Source: Raja brachyura (taxonomy: Eukaryota). From it: a stretch of 64,000 nt of DNA. Both the position numbers and the translations under genes were made by a program. Below, piece by piece: positions 59,730 to 64,000 of the stretch (positions are counted from its first letter, which is position 1; every line of letters begins with the position of its first letter). The notes below the pieces were generated by a model that saw nothing but the letters and a program-made list of their open reading frames with translations, was not told the DNA's origin and searched no databases. The stretch covers positions 18,104,001-18,168,000 of the forward strand of contig OY740805.1 in the NCBI GenBank assembly GCA_963514005.1, written 5' to 3'.

Positions 59730-61562
59730 AAGAGAAATAGATTAGTTAAAACAAATGTAGGTCCCTTGCTGTCAGAAACAGGTGAGTTGATCATGGGGAA
59801 CAAGGATATGGCGGACCAATTGAATAACTACTTTGGTTCCGTCTTCACTAAGGAAGACATAAATAATCTGCCGGAAATAGCAGGGGACCGCGGGTCAAAG
59901 GAGTACTTGAGTGAAATCCAGGTTAGTCGGGAAATGGTGTTGGGTAAATTGAATGGATTAAAGGCCGATAAATCCCCAGGGCCAGATAGGCTGCATCCCA
60001 GAGTACTTAAGGAAGTAGCTCCGGAAATAGTGGATGCATTAGTGATAATCTTTCAAAACTCTTTAGATTCTGGATTAGTTCCTGAGGATTGGCGGGTAGC
60101 AAACGTAACCCCTCTTTTTAAGAAGGGGGGGGGGAGAGAGAAAACGGGGAATTACAGACCAGTTAATCTAACATCAGTAGTGGGGAAACTGCTAGAGTCA
60201 GTTATTAAAGATGGGATAGCAGCACATTTGGAAAGTGGTGAAATCATTGGACAAAGTCAGCATGGATTTACGAAAGGTAAATCATGTCTGACGAATCTTG
60301 TGGAATTTATCGAGGATGTAACTAGTAGCGTGGATGGGGGAGAACCAGTGGATGTGGTGTATCTGGACTTCCAGAAGGCTTTCGACAAGGTCCCACATAA
60401 GCGATTAGTATATAAACTTAAAGCATACGGCATTGAGGGTTCAGTATTGATGTGGATAGAGAACTGGCTGGCAAACAGGAAGCAAAGAGTAGGAGTAAAC
60501 GGGTCGTTTTCACAACGGCAGGCAGTGACTAGTGGGGTACCGCAAGGCTCAGTGCTGGGACCCCAGCTATTTACAATATACATAAATGATCTGGATGAGG
60601 GAATTGAAGGCAATATCTCCAAGTTTGCGGATGACACTAAGCTGGGGGGCAGTGTTAGCTGTGAGGAGGATGCTAGGAGAATGCAAGGTGACTTGGATAG
60701 GCTGGGTGAGTGGGCAAATGTTTGGCAGATGCAGTATAATGTGGATAAATGTGAGGTTATCCACTTTGGTGGCAAAAATAGGAAAACCGACTACTATCTA
60801 AATGGTGGCCGATTAGGAAAAGGGGAGATGCAGCGCGACCTGGGTGTCATGGCACACCAGTCATTGAAAGTAGGCATGCAGGTACAGCAGGCAGTGAAGA
60901 AAGCCAATGGTATGTTAGCTTTCATTGCAAAAGGATTTGAGTATAGGAGCAGGGAGGTTCTACTTCAGTTGTATAGGGTTTTGGTGAGACCACACCTGGA
61001 GTATTGCGTACAGTTCTGGTCTCCAAATCTGAGGAAGGACATTATTGCCATAGAGGGAGTGCAGCGAAGGTTCACCAGACTGATTCCTGGGATGTCAGGA
61101 CTGTCTTATGAACAAAGACTGCATAGACTCGGTTTATACTCTCTAGAATTTAGGAGATTGAGAGAGGATCTTATAGAAACTTACAAGATTCTTAAGGGGT
61201 TGGACAGGCTAGATGCAGGAAGATTGTTCCCGATGTTGGGGAGGTCCAGGACAAGGGGTCACAGCTTAAGGATAAGGGGGAAATCCTTTAGGACCGAGAT
61301 GAGAAGGATTTTTTTCACACAGAGAGTGGTGGGTCTCTGGAACTCTCTGCCACAGAGGGTAGTTGAGGCCAGTTCATTGGCTATATTTAAGATGGAGTTA
61401 GATGTGGCCCTTGTGGCTAAGGGGATCAGAGGGTATGGAGAGAAGGCAGGTACGGGATACTGAGTTGGATGATCAGCCATGATCATATTGAATGGCGGTG
61501 CAGGCTCGAAGGGCCGAATGGCCTACTCCTGCACCTAATTTCTAGGTTTCTATGTTTCTATG
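59730..61562 (+). mobile_element. Young 5'-truncated CR1 LINE with open RT frame
   Basis: ORF 59685-61463 (592 aa) has YLDFQKAFDKVPH, GVPQGSVLGP and KFADDTKLG. No APE domain. The 3' UTR and TTTCTATG-type tail are intact. Confidence 0.95.
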
Positions 61563-62809
61563 TTGTTTGCAGGTGTTGTATTAGGCAAGATGTAACATTC
61601 AATAATATTGCCAAGCTAACTCCCCCGCCATCAGTCTCTGTTCAAATAATAATTGAATCACCATCATTTTGACCAGACAGTGGGACTCGCCCGAACTTGG
61701 AAATGGCAAGTGCTTGCAAGTGCCGATGTCCTGGGAAGAAAAGACTCATTTGGACAAGTATTACTTTTAGCCACTGAATGGAAGATTATAATCATTTTCC
61801 TCTGGACGGTAAAATCAACACCCTTTCGCATTCCAAGCGGGCAATTATGGTTAGTCCCCCTTAGAAATCTACAGAGTAAAAATAGCTCCTGCAGATCAAG
61901 ATCCAAATTGACCGCCATTCTGATTTGGAAATATGTCGCTGATACTCAGTATTGCAAATGCCGAAACGCCCCACGCCGACAGAATATTGTGCTTGCGCAT
62001 GGATGTCTTCAGCAGTGGGGAAAAAGGATGGCTCTTCACCACGTAGTCAAACGCAAAAAGAAACCTTACTAAAACCTTGCTACCTGCTTAAAATAAACAC
62101 TAGATGCTGCAATCGATAGATATAACGTATTGGTTTATTATTGACGCGGGTAACCAGATACAGCGAGAAACCTTGTGCGTGGTATTCAGCAACATCATAC
62201 TATGCATGAATATAATTAAGCCATTCATAAGTTGTGTAAAGATAAAAAAATATACAAGCGTGCAGAATATAGTTTTACCGCGTTCTGACGCTGCGTTTAC
62301 AGCTAATGTGCAGATAAAATAAATGTACAAGTATACATTGCCTAACGTAAACGGGCTTGGCGATTTGCAACGGTGCATAAAAGGCTTCTATCAAAGATGA
62401 TTTTCTCCGCGGTTGCATGAAGCTGATATAGAAATACGATGCATGAATTCATAATGGGACTGGGAGAGGGAACTGTGTGGTGCGAACTTTCGTGCATTTT
62501 AGTGAGTTTCTGTGCTACGTCAGGATGACAATAATTCGATTTGGTGATATCACAAAGAAATACGATAGTAATTGACAATATTAAAAGCTGTTCCATGGAG
62601 ACGTCGCATTGAACACGACGAATAGCATTTACAAGATATGACCAAAGAACAATCTATCGGAGGAACTCTGTGGATCAGGCAGCATCCGTGGTGAGGAGGA
62701 ACAGATGACGTTTCGCGTAGAGACCCTTGGCTTCCTTCAGAAAGGTGTTTTTTTTTGCTCAAGATTCAAGCTTCTGCAACCTCGTGCCTCCATTTGCAAG
62801 ACATATTGA

Positions 62810-63135
62810 GTAATGAAAGGCCTGGATAGAATGTATATCGAGGGAATGTTTCCACTACTGGGAAAGTCCACGACAAGAGGCCACAACCTAAGAACAGTTG
62901 GAGGGTGGTGAATATGTGGAATTGGTTGCCACAGAAGGCTGTGGAGGCCAATTCGATGGATATTTTTTCAGGTGGAGGTGGATAGATACTTGATTAGTAC
63001 GGGTGTCAGTGGTTAAGGGGGTAAGGCAGGAGAATGGTGTAAGGAATGATAGATAGATCTGTCATAATTGAACGGAAGAGTAGTCATGATGGGCAGAATG
63101 GACTAATTGTGTTTTTGCAAAGCGTCATTTTATGA
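62810..63135 (+). mobile_element. Old CR1 3' fragment
   Basis: Similarity to the 3' end of 59730-61562. Confidence 0.7.
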
Positions 63136-63259
63136 ACATATGAAGACTTCTTTAGGTTAGTTGATCAATACTTCAGAGATGCTTTCGTGGCATGCCATCT
63201 ATGCTCTGTTCAAACATTTTTTATTAGGCGACAACAGGTAAATGGATTTAGATAATGGA

Positions 63260-64000
63260 TTATTGAAAAACGCTGCGTGGTCTCTGGTCCGAGGTTAGAA
63301 CTAATCTATTCACGAAAGTAAACGGATATTTCAGCGTATTCGTCAATGATTCTCTGAACTTTGCCTGAGCCACCGCATAAATAAATGTGTTTGTGCACGA
63401 ATTCAAGCACTGCAGCATATACCCAGTGTGCTCCATAATGGCGAAATGATCGTTGTAATCTGTGAGCATGAACTCAACGCCTGCAAATTGTGTGCATATG
63501 TAATGTACAAATGTTACCATCCATAGCAGTATGAAACAGCTTGAGATGGAGAGCAGTAAAATGATCGATTTTCTGCGGTTTACAATCTCCGGATCAGTGC
63601 AATCCTCGCTTTTCCCGTCCCCCCGGAGTCCCCTCCTTATCCGACTGGCCTGTAAAATATGTCTGGTGGTCAGGGCATTAAGCAGCACAATCAAAAGGAA
63701 AGGTACAAACGGTGTTAAGGTAATGTCGAAGAAGAAGTACGCAACCCATATTGGTAAACTGGAGAGACTTGACTTCACTTTGCAGAACCATGGCACGTTG
63801 TCAATAATCAGCAGATGCTCGTTTTCAAAATAAATAGGGATATTCTGCACAAAGCTTAATCCAAACACAATCACTATTACAATAGCGGCAGTTCTTTCGG
63901 CGCAGTCTTTTGCTCTCAGCTTCTGACAACAAATGGCGATGTATCGATCAAATGTGAAGGCAACGGTTAGCCAGACCGAACAATCAATGGCTGTGAACAC
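63260..64000 (-). CDS. Class A GPCR, GPR139/142-like (chondrichthyan expanded type); TM3 to C-terminus, 5' part outside the window
   Basis: 246-aa uninterrupted frame: DCSVWLTVAFTFDRYIAICC (TM3/DRY), PFVPFLLIVLLNALT (TM5), RRKSIILL..FILLW (TM6), LNSCTNTFIY (TM7). Confidence 0.9.
   Translation of the reverse strand: MFTAIDCSVWLTVAFTFDRYIAICCQKLRAKDCAERTAAIVIVIVFGLSFVQNIPIYFENEHLLIIDNVPWFCKVKSSLSSLPIWVAYFFFDITLTPFVPFLLIVLLNALTTRHILQASRIRRGLRGDGKSEDCTDPEIVNRRKSIILLLSISSCFILLWMVTFVHYICTQFAGVEFMLTDYNDHFAIMEHTGYMLQCLNSCTNTFIYAVAQAKFRESLTNTLKYPFTFVNRLVLTSDQRPRSVFQ

Noticed and set aside
60257-60775. 172-aa antisense ORF
   Set aside because: Shadow frame of the CR1 RT; a similar antisense frame (14853-15245) lies over the CR1 at 14875.
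59685-61463. Longest ORF as a host gene
   Set aside because: It is a truncated CR1 RT with its retrotransposon tail; the ATG comes from flanking DNA.

Overview
Eukaryotic, repeat-dense genomic DNA from a cartilaginous fish, most likely a skate or ray. This is judged from HE1-type tRNA-derived V-SINEs with (TAAAC)n tails, CR1, Penelope and Rex1 LINEs, and a chondrichthyan-type GPR139-like receptor. Two host genes are supported. (1) A plus-strand MHC class I heavy-chain gene assembled by hand from five open exons joined by phase-1 GT-AG introns: leader 13402-13453, alpha1 32170-32430, alpha2 44331-44606, alpha3 45560-45826, TM 47977-48084; the cytoplasmic exon is unresolved. Its sequence looks non-classical: T143, Y159, W167, D122 and the N86 glycan site are lost, the predicted groove is hydrophobic, and there is a free Cys. 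An SXY-like promoter lies upstream. (2) The 3' part of a class A GPCR on the minus strand, cut by the window edge. Most of the remainder is transposon-derived. The most notable items are a young family of short Penelope-derived fold-back elements with 15-bp TSDs carrying minimal hammerhead-ribozyme cores, a VNTR-containing retroelement inside a four-level nested insertion stack, a strictly 16-bp-phased CCGAA array, and a PIF/Harbinger two-gene relic with several MITE families sharing its terminal repeat. All alignments and residue numbering were done by eye; no database search was run.
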